DNA of 64,000 nt from Minutocellus sp. GHC0000111 (GCA_977018835.1 OZ361256.1:558001-622000); one strand, 5' to 3'; shown: positions 1-12,587, counted from the first letter of the stretch. The notes: generated by a model from the letters alone, not told the origin. Program-made: numbers and translations.

Positions 1-14
1 ACGAGCTCATAAAG

Positions 15-3000
15 ATGGTTAAAAATGTGGTGGACTTGCGTGACAATAACATCGATTACATCGTCGCCCCGTTCAAATTCCAGTTTGGCGCCGACGCTTC
101 TCTGCCAGAACCGTATCAAGGATTCGGGTTCCACCACAAGAACCACATGCACCTCATCAGCAGCGGCATTGCAACCGCCGACTATGGATTAGTCGTCGGA
201 AGCGGAAGTTTCGGGGTGGTTGTGGTCGGCAAGCATCGGCGATCACAGCGTGTCGTCGCGGTGAAGATATCCGAGGCCGCCAAGGAGGCAGATCTGAAGG
301 AAGCCCGCCTCATGAGGGAGCTCGGACACCACCCGAATATTGTGCACGTTGAGGATTGCTACTATGAGGAATCGAGCCGGCGGCTCTTTGTGGTCATGGA
401 GCTGATGCAAGGCAACCTCCGAGCGTTGGTGGAGTCCAGGGAGGACCAGAAGCTGTCCGAGACGGAGCTGAAAGTGCTGACCCGTGGCCTCGCTTCTGGG
501 CTACAGCACATGCACAACCACGACAAAAACGGCGTCGTAAGTATCTACTGCTCGATTTCAATATGTGTAGGGCTTGCATGCAACTTCTCCCACGTACGTG
601 GCATATGTAGTGCCCATCATCATATCATCATTATCATCATCATCATCTAATCACACTTGTTTCACCGTGCATGCCACACCCGCCACAGATGCATCGCGAT
701 ATCAAGCCCTCCAACCTCCTCATTACATGGGGAGTTGACAACCAGCTCGTAGTAAAGCTCGCCGATTTTGGTACTGCCAAGCCTTTACCCGATAACACCA
801 GCGAACCCCAAACCTTCACCGGGACGCTTGGGTTCCAACCCAGGGAGATGAAAGCGGGTGAGGCATACGACAAGTCCTGTGACATATGGAGCGCCGGTGT
901 TACCGTGGCAGCGTGTGGCGCTGGCAGAGGATATATCGGCGGCGCCAACTCCTCGACGGAAGCTGGCGCAAGTGGAAATCCGGTTGTGGCCGAGCTTCTA
1001 AAAAAGCACAAGGACGCCGCCATTGTCCAGCGTATGGCAATGGCCGAACGCAACCTGAGGCCCACCGCCGAAGATATTCTCAAGGACGACTGGGTAGCCG
1101 ACAGCCCCAACGAAGATGCGGTTAGTACCGAAGAGCTCGAGAAAGCTCAGGGCCGTGTCGCTGAAGTCGAGATGCTGCTCGCTTCAAAGGAGGCCGAGCA
1201 GAAGGAGGCAGTACAGAAGAAGGAGCATGAGTACAGCGAGCTAGAGGCTAGAATGATGAAGGCGGACGCCGAGATTGTCGAGCTCAGAGAAAGGCTTGCT
1301 GCCTGCGGTAGTGCAGAAGCTCAGGCAAATGGGAACGAGGGGGTTTCGGCGAGCAATGATGCGGGCGGAAGTAAGGTGAGCAACAATACTAATTTCTCAT
1401 TTGTATGTATTTTTCTGGCACCACTGATGGCGAAGGGTGCAGTGTTGAATTTTTCGGTGGTGTCGCTCCTTTTACTTGCATCTCTAACACTTTGAGATAC
1501 TGCTACCCCTGTTTACTTTGTGCAAAAGCAGGACGAGGTCCGGCGCAGTGCGCGTTTGCGTTCTTCAACTCGTGGAATTCGATGTGATGATGATGGTAGT
1601 GATGACCACGATGGAACGCTTGCGTCTCAGCAACGCGCAAGTCCTACTCCAGGCTCCTCACCGCGCAACGGAGAGGACGGCTTCGATGTAGAAGGTGCCT
1701 CCCCATCCACCTCCTCGGCCTTAGCCTCGACACAGGCCCCTGCTTACTCCGACACCGTCATTTCGAGCCTCATTGAGGATCGTGGCTACAGCGAACCTTT
1801 GGCGGAAAAGATACGCGGACTACATGGGGTCGTAAATGCGGGGAAAACGGATTGCCACAAGTTTCTCCAGTCATACAGTCCAACTGACCTGGAACGCAAG
1901 GTGTGGGAAGATTTTCGACAGCAGTGCGTCAGCGCCAACTCGTCGAATGGCATTGTCTATGCCATCCTCACCGGTCCCTTCCTCGTCGCCGCCATCGAAA
2001 GAATCAGACGCGCGATATTCACTGACCGTGACTTCTCCAAGTCTACCGAGATCGAATCGGACACCATTGGACTACTTATGGGTCACTATCACTTTCTGAA
2101 CTGCCGTCTTGTCATCGCGACTCAAGAGGTTGCCGAAGTAAAAAAGGCTATTGCCAAGCTACCGATTCGTCCGGGGATGTCGAGGAAAGATGTCTTCGAA
2201 AACTGCAGCAAGGAGGAGGGAAAACTCGGCGAAAGCACGCCCAAACTTCCATCTTCATCTGCACAGCTGCGTATGGGTGCCATGAATAAGGCTTGCCTCA
2301 CGGAACTGGGGAGGGTGCCGTCTGCACGGAAGCCTGGACCGAACCTGAATGAGTTAGACACCTTGTTTGCTATCAAGTGCGGCCAGTACTTGCTAGGCCA
2401 TCTCACAGCGATCGATATCGTGCTGGATGGAATGAAACACATTCCTTTCGAGCAGCTTTCTGCAGCTCTCCGGACGAAAGTTGCATCGCTCGCCTCTGCC
2501 CAGGGCTTTCAGATCACTGACTCTGCAATGATTTCCAACGCATTCGAGAAAGTCATTATGCCGGCTCTGGATGACGATGCTTACGAAAAGAGAGCAATTG
2601 GCCTTCTTCTCGATACGATGGTCGAGCTCAAAGATATGCCAGACAAATTTGTTGGCGCCGCTTCCAAGGAAGTTCACGGAACTGACGGTGACGACAGTGA
2701 TGGGGATGATGAGGATGGTAAGGACATCGACGAAAATAGTGTCGACAATGGCCTCCCCAATCTCAAGGATTACCTCGTCATCACCGCCGGGGTGCTTCTG
2801 AGCAAGTGCATCAGTCGGAAACTGAAGAGCACCGTTGGTTTCGAGGAGGATATGCTTGAGATTATACTGCGATGCAGCAGCTCCTACCTCGAGAAGCATC
2901 TTCGACCATTGATTTGGCCGGCAATTGGAAAGGGGGAAGGGGCCAAGCCCTCGCCCTCTTTCATTTTTGCCGATGACATTAGCGAGGATGGCATGGGGTT

Positions 3001-3181
3001 GATAGTCAAGAACTTAGAAGAGCTAGTCACCAGGGCTAGGTCAAGCAACTTTTGTTTGCCAAAGCAAGGAATCAAGAAATCGGAATGGAAATCCTTCGAA
3101 TTCTGGAAGAAAAGGTCTATGCTGCAGGCTAACTCTGAAAATGAATCTTTGGTTGCGCGGGCTTTGATTATGGTAGAGTAG
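15..3181 (+). CDS. Divergent Ser/Thr protein kinase with coiled coil and long uncharacterised C-terminal region (3 exons: 15-536, 689-1375, ~1529/1532-3181)
   Basis: GSGSFG, VAVK, HRDIKPSN, DFG, GTLGFQPRE and DIWSAG motifs. GTAAGT donor at 537 with CAG at 688, and GTGAG donor at 1376 with AG at 1528/1531, join the three ORFs in phase 0. The start may lie upstream of the window. Confidence 0.85.
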
Positions 3182-3634
3182 CATGGACGACGGGAACAAA
3201 GATGATGACACATGTTTGAACAAGACACGAGACGAGATGTATGTTACAAGTGTCGGCGGGCTGCGTAGCTAGCTAACGCACAACCGTTGCCTCTCCAAAC
3301 GATCGATGCTTTGGTGCTACGGTAGCCCAACGCCACTCTCTAGAGCTCAGCCAACCACGAGTACTCTTGCTATAGTACCGGTAGCGAGAGCATAGTAGCG
3401 AGAGTACCTGAGCAATTAGTCTATTAGACACTATGGCGATGATTGCCATATTACATACTACATACTTGCTAGCTACTAGTCATATTGCAACATCTATATG
3501 TCCATTTCATCAGACATAGTCCAATACTTTCATGGCTTCATGGCCTGTTCGGCTAGGCCTTTGAACGAAGAGCTCGTGACACCTCCCTCCCACTGCGCGA
3601 CCTCCTGGCGATGCTATAGCTCCTAGCCCAGAGA

Positions 3635-5750
3635 CGTGCCGTCATTGTCGGGGGAGGGATTGCGGGACCGCTGTGTAAAGTCAGTCATCAAGAGTCGAGT
3701 CACTGCTACGCCTCCCAACCACTCTCCTCGGAGGGAGGAGTAAAGTGGAAGAGCTGGACCAGGCCAGCATTGTCGGCCCAGTTGGCGTCGGTACCGTCGC
3801 CATTGCTGCCAGCATCACTGAGGGCGGAGCCATCCCACTTGATGTTCTTGTCGAGAGTAATCTCGTAAATGTTGGCAAACTTCTTGAGGGTCGGATCACC
3901 GTCAATGGGGATGGTAATGTCGGTGGTGGAATCGGCAGCGAGAGGGAGCTTGGTTTCCTTCTTGACCGTGTAGATAACTAGATACGTTACCAGTACCGTA
4001 ATTGACGGCAGTGGAATCGACACAAGAAGACGAAAGAGCAGGGCCTCCGTGGAAGGCATTGACAGTGCCAGCGCCCTGATCTCCCTCGCCCCAGCAGCCG
4101 TCCACCAAGAAGATCATGTCACCCTTCTGGACAGAGCGGTGGTTGCGATCACCACTCTCGGGATTGTTGTCGCACGAGGAATCAAACGAGGTGTAGATCT
4201 TGTTGTCCCACTGGTTGAAGTAGCCAGTGATGCGAGTCGAGGAGGCACCGCCAGCAGAGTTGTCAGCAATCTCCTGCGCTGCCACAACCGACCTGCTGGA
4301 CGACGCTAGTCGAAGTGTAGACATAGCTCTCGCCGGCCTCGCCACGGGTGTTGGCTCCATTGTTGAGATTGGCCACACGAAACTCCTTGCCAGGAGTAGC
4401 CGACTCATCAAAGAAGACCAGGTATATCCGGCCGCCGACTCCGTGGGAACCACCTCGATGGCATGGGGAAAGGCAGCAATCATGTTGTACATGGTAGGTT
4501 CAGCACCATCGGCCTCGACGACAAAGCCCTTGTCCCAGTTGGCCACGTTGACGTTGTTCTCGGGGTCCCAGTCGGAATCGCCCAGACAGCGCTTGAGGGT
4601 CTTGACCTCGGCGGGAGTGAGGTCACCATCGGGGCCAGTCAGATACCCGAGCGATCCAGGACGGACATCGACATTCCAGGAAGCATCGGCATCGCTGGAA
4701 TCGGCCAGAACCTTGACGGTAAGGCCCTCGCAGCGGGTGGGGAAGTAGTCCTTGGCCTCGCCGTTAACGGTGGTGGCAACGCCCATGGTAATCTCGCCGT
4801 GGCCAAAGGGATGGCCGGTACTGGCGTCGATAATGGTGGAACGCTTGCCGTCCAGATGCTCGAGGATCCCAATCTCCTTGAGGAGACCAGGATTGCCGAG
4901 GAACTTGAGCTCGTACTCGATGTCATGGTTGGTATCCACAACAGTCTGGGCGCACTCAATGTCGGGGACGACGCCGTTGGGCAGAGCCTTCAAGGCGGCA
5001 ACGACGTAGTCGCAATGGTCGACGCCATCAATCACACCGGTGCCGTCGAGCGGAAGAGGGTCAGTGATGTAATCCTCGCCGTGGGTATCACAAAATACGA
5101 GAGCATGCTCTCCCGACAAAACGCTGGGGTTGGTCGTCTCGAAGCGGACTGCAGCGTGAGTGACGCGGGCGGTGGCATCGTCGGTGCATAGAGGGCCAAT
5201 GTTGTGGAGGCACAGACGCTCGTGGCAGTCCGGTCCGCCGTAGCCGGGGTCGCACTTTCAGGCCATGGTAATGTCGTGATCCCACAGAGCGTAGCGGTTG
5301 CCACCATCCTCCTCGGCCATATCGGCAATGCTCTCGCAGGTACCGTGGCCGGAGCACATGCCAATCATGGGCGTATGGTTGGGGCGGCCAGTGAAGGAAC
5401 TCTTGTGGTCCTTGGTGGCAAGACCCTGAAGGTTGCTTTGAGCTCGGTCTGGGTGGAGGGGTTGGGATTGTGGACGGAGCCACGATACATGGTCCAGCCA
5501 GGGTCGCATCAGCTATTGCCTCTGGAGAGTAAAGGACCGGTGTGCAGACCGATAGCACAAAGTACCGTCATCGTCGTGGCAATCTATGCAAAGTCCGTCA
5601 TCAAGAGTCGAGTCACGGCTACGGCAGATTCTCGGATTCGCCCAACCGGCGGGAGATTTCGAGAAAACCAGCAAGACTCAAAATGCACAAAAGCGCTCCG
5701 GTTGCGCCGCCAAAGAGTAAAGGAACGGTATGCAGGCCGGTAGCACATGC
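3635..5750. repeat. Diverged direct repeats flanking the EGF-like gene fragment (3635-3710 ~ 5562-5623; 5524-5560 ~ 5712-5748)
   Basis: AAGTC(A/C)GTCATCAAGAGTCGAGTCAC(T/G)GCTACG at ~3678 and ~5591; AGAGTAAAGGA(C/A)CGGT(G/A)TGCAG at ~5526 and ~5714. Confidence 0.75.
3710..5520 (-). pseudogene. Fragment of an EGF-like/tenascin-like extracellular protein gene, multiply frameshifted
   Basis: CSGHGTC...LWDHDITMA followed by CDPGYGGPDCHERLC. Protein-like text is split over ORFs 5258-5509, 3902-5119 and 3706-4059; no intact start or end. Confidence 0.7.
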
Positions 5751-6779
5751 ATGGCGGTCGCAGCGGTGTGCTTCACCTGTTTTCACTGTCTAACTGCGCA
5801 GTTGGCCAATTGAGTTGGAGCGGCCCTCGTCGGCGTCGCCGGTCTGGCGGTCTCAGACTGGTCTTTCGGCATGGTCGGTACTAGCTACCTAGGTACGTAG
5901 TAGCGGCACCGGGGTAGGTACAAGCAGCAGGCTGGCTGTGCGCTGATGCCTCGCCAACACCGACATGGTCCCACCGCGGTTGCTGCAGCTGCGGCTGCTG
6001 GTGCTCATGATTCCATTGATCTGTTATGCGACGTCGCGGAAGAATCAGGCAATAAGGAGCAAGCAAGGCAAGGCAAGGGAATACAACAATTGGCTGGTTG
6101 GAAGGAAGGAAATGGACCAGCAGTGCGTGGCAAGAATGAGGGCAACTGCACCGTACCGAGTACGTACTGACGCACATCGTACGTACAGCGACTCACTCGA
6201 CTCACAATGGCTTGACGTCAGGCACGTCTTGTGTTGTAATCTCAAAGATGTCCGACCGATAGCGCCGATTCTTCCCGTACCTTTATTGATCGCATGATTG
6301 CTGTTGGGTGGTGCCACGTTGCCGATTGCTAAAACGACATTTGATTTTCTCGTTTCGCGAGGCTTCCCCTCAAGAAATCGAATTGTGTCGTTTTGGATGA
6401 GAAGATTGAGCCTGCCTTGAAGGAATTGAATGCTTAGATCTCTGCCGACTAGCTAGTTACTGGTAACTGCTGCGAAGTAGTTGCTGTCAATCTCTACATG
6501 CCAGTTCTAACGCTGTTGGCACCTTTCCGTGGAACTACACCTTTCCGTGGACCACCATTATCTGAATATTGTAACAATGGCATTGCTTTGCGGATGCCAA
6601 CTTGAATACCTAGATCTCAATAGTTTGTGATGCGATGTGTGGTTGCGTGATCTATACTAATTAAAATACAAACTGTATCGGTGCAACGATAATGAGTCAT
6701 TACTGAACTTGTAGGAAAGTCTGAAAGAGTACCAATGTAGGCCTGTCATTTACCACGCTGGCTGCGGCGCTACGCTGGT

Positions 6780-8723
6780 CTACCAACCATCAAACAAACC
6801 TTTGCCAATCTCGTCTTCCTTTGGCGGGTCTGTTGACACACCAGCATCTCCCTCTACTGCGCCACCATCTACACCATCACCACTAGATCCATCTTCCCTG
6901 CTCATTGCACTGGCAGTATCACTTCCGCTCTCCACTTTCTTCTCCACCATGGGCGGGAGTTCCAATCCTCTCTCCTTGGCAGTTTCCATGGCCGCCTTGG
7001 CCCTATCACCCCGTTCCTGCGCTCGAATTCGTTCCAAGTCTTCGGCCGCGATGGCCATCTCTCCACCGACTCCGCCCAAGGCCGCAACTCCACGCATAAC
7101 CTCCACCTTGACCTGGCCTTCATCGTCCGACTTTTGAGGAGCAAGCTGAAGGCTGACCGGTCCCAATCGGCCGGTGCGGAAGTCTTGCAATATCTTTCTC
7201 GCGGCGTCTTCCGGACTGCCGCGGCATTTGGCATCGGCAACGCGGAACATCATGTCCTCACCGGTCAAAAGACGATCTTCGGCAGCATCGCCCGGCACAA
7301 CGAGGGGATCGAATCCATACCTGTTCAAACACTCCTGACGGAACTTGGGCGATGACTCGTCGCCTTTGCCCATGAGATGGAGCGTCTTGAGCCACTCCAA
7401 AAGGTATGCTGCGACGGCCTGATTATCGTACGCCGCTGTACCGATGGAATTGCATGCGGCCAGTAGCAATGCATCACTCTGGTCAACCATGTTGGCGGGG
7501 ATGATTCCAGGCGAATCCAGCAATTCGAACTCCTTGCCACGATTCTTCTTGGCATCGTCGGTACGGACCCGAATCCACTGCAGAGACCGGGTGATGCCAG
7601 GTGTATTGGCCGTCTTGGCCCGTTTCCGTCCAAGGATTTTGTTGATGAGGGCCGATTTGCCCACGTTCGGATATCCAATGATGCCGACTCGGAGAGGTCG
7701 GGAGGACAGACCTCGGCGAGCTCGACGTTCGTTGACGTGCGATCCAGCCTTGAGCACGGCCCGGTTGATGGAATGGATGCCACCGCCTCGCTTGGCATCG
7801 ACGAACAGCACATCTTCCACTCGAGACACGGCCGATCGGTCCATCTTGCGGTTGGTGGTGTTGCCTCCACTTCGTCCACCACCTCCACTAGCAGCACTAC
7901 CAGAAGACGACGATGATGATGATGACGACGAATACTTGCTCCGTTCCGCCACGCCCTGCACGGCCTGGTTGCGCACCTGCCCGTCGACCTCGGCATCCCA
8001 CCGCCCAGCGCCAAAGATGTCGTAGCTCTTCTTCCAGGCCGCCCGGCTGGGCTCGGGGACGCTGTCCACGTGCGTCAGCACCACCACGCGCGGCCGGCCG
8101 GCGGCCCACTCGGCCACCCGGGGATGCGCCGTGGCCTTGGGAGCGCGGGCGTCGCGCACCTCCACGACGACGTCGACCGACTTGAGCGTCTCCGCCAGCT
8201 GCCGCTCGGCCTTGGCAATGTGGCCGGGATACCAGTTGACCGTCGGGCGTTTGTAGCCCGATGCCGCCAGCGCTTGTTCGATGTCTTGCTCGAATGGGAT
8301 GGAGCGAATTACAGGCTTTGAAGACTGGCTACCGGCACTGGATTTGGATGATGGACCAGCCGACGATGACGACGGCGGTTGTGACGAGGCGAGGCCTCGC
8401 TCGGCCAACAGAGTACTTGTACTAGTATACTCGTGCATTGGGTTCGATCGGACACTAAATGCAGTGCTCGTCGGCATGACAAAGGCCGAAACGAAACTTC
8501 TTTGGCCGACGGTACGACCACCACGAACAATGGATAGCAGGGCAAACATTTTCGTCATGGACAATATTGCTGATGGTGCAAAGGACTGATTTGATACTGA
8601 TCCTGAACGCACAGCGGCAGCGTTTGAGAGTGGTCTTGCTTCTTGCCTTCTTCTCCGTCTCGGCGAGGAGGTCGTGGCCGTTCTCAGATACGAGCACGTA
8701 TTGTCGTTTGTCTCTTGACACAT
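6780..8723 (-). CDS. rbgA: RbgA/YlqF-family circularly permuted ribosome-biogenesis GTPase, probably organelle-targeted (true start possibly MTKMF at ~8558)
   Basis: NWYPGHIAKA, EVRDARAP, GYPNVGKS (G1), PGITR (G2), DSPG (G3), DFRTGRLG; Ser-rich N-terminal presequence. Confidence 0.92.
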   Translation of the reverse strand: MCQETNDNTCSYLRTATTSSPRRRRRQEARPLSNAAAVRSGSVSNQSFAPSAILSMTKMFALLSIVRGGRTVGQRSFVSAFVMPTSTAFSVRSNPMHEYTSTSTLLAERGLASSQPPSSSSAGPSSKSSAGSQSSKPVIRSIPFEQDIEQALAASGYKRPTVNWYPGHIAKAERQLAETLKSVDVVVEVRDARAPKATAHPRVAEWAAGRPRVVVLTHVDSVPEPSRAAWKKSYDIFGAGRWDAEVDGQVRNQAVQGVAERSKYSSSSSSSSSSGSAASGGGGRSGGNTTNRKMDRSAVSRVEDVLFVDAKRGGGIHSINRAVLKAGSHVNERRARRGLSSRPLRVGIIGYPNVGKSALINKILGRKRAKTANTPGITRSLQWIRVRTDDAKKNRGKEFELLDSPGIIPANMVDQSDALLLAACNSIGTAAYDNQAVAAYLLEWLKTLHLMGKGDESSPKFRQECLNRYGFDPLVVPGDAAEDRLLTGEDMMFRVADAKCRGSPEDAARKILQDFRTGRLGPVSLQLAPQKSDDEGQVKVEVMRGVAALGGVGGEMAIAAEDLERIRAQERGDRAKAAMETAKERGLELPPMVEKKVESGSDTASAMSREDGSSGDGVDGGAVEGDAGVSTDPPKEDEIGKGLFDGW

Positions 8724-9353
8724 ATTATACTAGCTAGTATATTCTTCCTGCGCAGCGAGCTAGCACGTCTTCTTGCCAGCACAGCGCGGATTAGGTGGTC
8801 GTCCGCGGGACAATCGAATGCAACCCAGAACTCAAAGGGTATCGATCGTATGACGCGATGCGATTGAGTACGAGTAGCGTAGACAGCCACCGTCCTCGGG
8901 CGGCTGAAATTGGATGGCCATGGTGGCGCTTCGTGCTTCGTGCGTGTGACGACGTACGTACGTAGTGCGTAGCGTGTAAGTACGTAGCGATACGTACGGA
9001 TGTACACGAGGCGGCCTCCTCCTCTCTTTCGTCTCTTCTTTTCTTTCTCAACTCCCTCTCTTGTCGTCCGTTTATAATTCGGTCATTGCTACGTAGTAGT
9101 CCAGATATAACGAATGTGCTACCGGTGTGTACCGTAGATCTGCTACTTTTAGATTAGATCTACCGGTAGATAGATCTCCTCCTCGTCCTCTCTTGTCGTT
9201 TCGACGAGACTTTTTTTTGCACATGAGAAGATCTCTGTCGAGACGTTTGTTTCACAATTAATTGAATATATCAACGAAGAAAGAGTGCCGCAGTACTGGT
9301 ACTCTTTTGTTCAAATCGAAGCGCGTGGTTTATAATCGCTTTCATCATCCACC

Positions 9354-10154
9354 TTAACGTGAACTCCTACCGCTGCTGCCACCGCTTCCACCACCACCAC
9401 CACCACCACGGCCTCCGGCGGCACCGCTACCGGTACTACTCGCCGTACCCTGCTGCTCTGTCTGCCTCTGAGCATCTCGTTCCGCATCCCTCTCCAAACG
9501 GAAAGAACGGAGCCCTTCCAGCAGGTTCTGGGCCGATCTCATCTCATCGATCGACCGGAGGCCGTCACCTCTAACGCCACGGCGATCACCATCTCGTAGC
9601 GACGAACGAGACGAGGACGAACCTCCTCCTGTAGACCGACGGCCGCTGGAGCTGGAGGACGAGGGCCCTGTCGATGCGTTTCCGGTACCGCCACTTCTGC
9701 CACCGGCGGCAGTGCCGTCTCGCATCCTCCGTTCCTGGTGCTTGAACGAGTCCGTGGCGTACATCTCTTCGAGGATTTCGTGGGATCTCATGCTGTCCAA
9801 GTCGTCGTCATCGTGATGGCCAGAGTGGTTACCTCCTCTGCCTCTCGTTGGGGAAGCACTCGTAGCATTATCGCCGCGATCATGGGCGTTGGTCCCCCCG
9901 CGATGATTCCTACCACCCCTCGTCGTTCCGGTAGCAGTGGGTGCGTTTCCGGCACCGGCACCGGTAGCAGCGGTACTGGCTCCGTCGCCCTTTTGCTTGC
10001 GTGCCATGTAACGCAACGAGTCAGTGGCGCAGATACCGTCCAGTATCTCCTCATCTTCGCTGCTGCTGTCGTCTTCCTCCAGATCAGTCACGGGCGTAGG
10101 GGGAATATCGCCGGCGGCGGCGGAGGTTCGCTGGGTACTTTTTCGGCTCGTCAT
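9354..10154 (-). CDS. Low-complexity Gly/Ser/Arg-rich hypothetical protein
   Basis: Open frame from ATG at 10154 (MTSRKSTQ) with an internally repeated motif EIL(D/E)xxxATDS(L/F). Confidence 0.55.
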   Translation of the reverse strand: MTSRKSTQRTSAAAGDIPPTPVTDLEEDDSSSEDEEILDGICATDSLRYMARKQKGDGASTAATGAGAGNAPTATGTTRGGRNHRGGTNAHDRGDNATSASPTRGRGGNHSGHHDDDDLDSMRSHEILEEMYATDSFKHQERRMRDGTAAGGRSGGTGNASTGPSSSSSSGRRSTGGGSSSSRSSLRDGDRRGVRGDGLRSIDEMRSAQNLLEGLRSFRLERDAERDAQRQTEQQGTASSTGSGAAGGRGGGGGGGSGGSSGRSSR

Positions 10155-10663
10155 GACACAAACAAATAACACTGAAGCCGAGGGGCACAAAAACTGGGCG
10201 GGACGTTGCACAGAGAATCGACTTGGGGACGAACAGCGAGAAAAGGAATGAATTTGCCGGCCAGTGATATGATGGCTGCTGATAAACAAGTCAAGAACCC
10301 GCCACTGCACTATGAACAAGAGTTGCCGCTGATTCCTACGAACTCGTAAAAGGTTATCGTTCTGCTCGTTCCATTTTGGGGAGGGTTTATGAGAGGTTTT
10401 GAGTGTCGGGCTTATGTTTGACAAAAGAAGCTTACGAAGTCCGTTTCGCGAGAAATCGAGCGCAGGGCCGGGACCAAAAAATGTCGATTTTTGGGCCCGC
10501 AACCCGGACACGGACACATGCATGTAAAGCCGGAACCATCAAAACTGACAAGAGAGCACTACACATGCATGTACGGCATGTGTGTGTAGTAGCACAAATA
10601 TAGCTCGAATCTAAATAATCTAGTATTATTTTAAACATAACATAACTTAAAAGCACCGCAGGA

Positions 10664-12264
10664 CTAATTATCCATGGTTGGATCAGCAGGAGGAGGAGCG
10701 ATAATTTTCCCATCTATCCGAACCATGCCATTTTCAGTCGGCCTGAAATCCTTTCGCACCCCAACATGAATGCCTTCACCGTTTCCAAGAAAATCATTGT
10801 TGCCTTTTGCAACGATTACCTTCTTTGCAATTCTATGAGCCTGGATGTATGCCGATGCGATCTTCCAGTTTTCCAGCCCCATCCAAACTTCCTCCGCTGC
10901 ATCCCAAGTCTGATCTTCTGTCAAAACCTTCAGCCCCTCCCGACCGCGGCTCAACATTGTATGCCGCTTTGACATGCAAGGGAAAACAGACAGATCAAGA
11001 ACATTCATATGGGGCATTTGCGGGGCCTGAGGTTCCCAACGCCATCCCTTGTCCCGACAGTATCCTTCCACATATTCCACAAATTCCGTCTCGGCATGGG
11101 GCCCAGCATTGTCGCCCTGAAAAATAGGGACATAGCCTTCAAACTTTCCACCAGGTCCGACCAAAGCCTCAACATCCGGAAACATCTTGTTCTCAAATAA
11201 AGCTTTCAGTGGGAACTTGGGATTATCAAGGGTGCCATGGCTGCATCCAGTCACCGCGCAATCCACAAGGTATAGATCGTCTTTCTTCCGAACCACCGGG
11301 CCGCAATATTTGATTCTACCATCTGCCTGCCGCACCGCCTCCCTTACCATCTGCCTCGCAATTTTATGCGCCTGAGCCCGAAAAAGTCCAAGCTTGAACG
11401 CAATGCCGCCATTCTCAATGCTGTCAATAAAAGCCAAGGCAGTGACAGCCACCACCATGCACTTGTTGATGTGATTTCGGTGATACGCCGAGAAGGACCG
11501 AGGATCAATACCCAATTCTGCAACTTGCTTGGCATACGATCGAAGAACCAAGCCCCAAAACCACTTCTCATCGAACATAATAAGGAGAAACTTGCCACCG
11601 CCGAGCCCCCAATTGTTTTTCGGAATTTCCGCGCAAATACCAAATGTTTCTCCATCTGATGGGTAGTAAGGAGAGGGATGATCCTTTCGGCATAGTACCG
11701 GAACCCTTCCCGCGACATTATCCACCGCCGTATTGCCGAGTAGGAACACCAAAAGTTGACATCAACCTCCAGCTCCCGCCAAGATTCCCGAGGATTTCGT
11801 ATCAGAACATCAACAATATCATCTCGAATGTATGGCTGCATAGCCAGATGAGATCTCCTCTTCATCTCCCACATCGCCTTCTCAGATGCAGGTAGAGCAC
11901 CATACGCCTTCATCCATCCCGAAAATCGTGCACCATGCTCTGCGCTGGACAGCACCGAATAGTCCACCTTTGCCTGCTCCCTGCACTTGGCAATTGCAAA
12001 GAGACATGGTGCAGTATACCGCCGGGTCGCCGTTGCAAGATCGTCGATGACAGAACGGAAGGCGGCCGAATCAGATGAATCATCGGCACTCGTTGGGAAG
12101 CAGTATACCGGTCCAAGTATGCCGATCGCGTCATCGAAATGCTCAGCTTCGACTTCCGCCCGAGACACAAATGGATTGAACACATACTCACCGCTGTCTT
12201 GGCCATCATCATTGACCAGGAGAAAACTCTCAAGATTGACGGGCCCGAGGATTTTGAGAAGCAC
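10664..12264 (-). pseudogene. Mariner-type transposase split by a frameshift in an A5 run at 11616-11620 (start uncertain)
   Basis: MFDEKWF / FQGDNAGPH / MNVLDL catalytic triad with 38 residues between D2 and D3. N-terminal part in ORF 11344-12264, catalytic part in ORF 10664-11752. Confidence 0.88.
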
Positions 12265-12587
12265 ATGCTCCTCAATGTCGTCAGTCGACTCGTCTGCCGG
12301 GCGATAAGGGCCGAGAACATGCCCCTCGACATGGATGATGTCGTGGCAATAACTGAATCGGTGTACGACAAGGCGCGGAGATGTTCCACTCCTCAGTTAC
12401 CTTCATCTACAAGTTCAACGGCGTGAAGCGGGAGCTAAAGAAGCTCAAGCTCATCCCGGATTGGCTGTGGTGCGAGATCCGGGACGAATGCATCGTACTG
12501 CCGATCCGAGGCGAGTATCATGCCATCGTTCAAGATGAAGACGAGATGGAGGCCGAACCGTCGCGTCGCACGAACGCGTCCATTTGA
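12139..12587 (+). pseudogene. Second, divergently oriented ORF inside the mariner element (frameshift ~12380)
   Basis: ORFs 12139-12426 and 12381-12587 read as one ~150-aa globular protein if one base is restored at GCGCGGAGATG. Confidence 0.45.
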
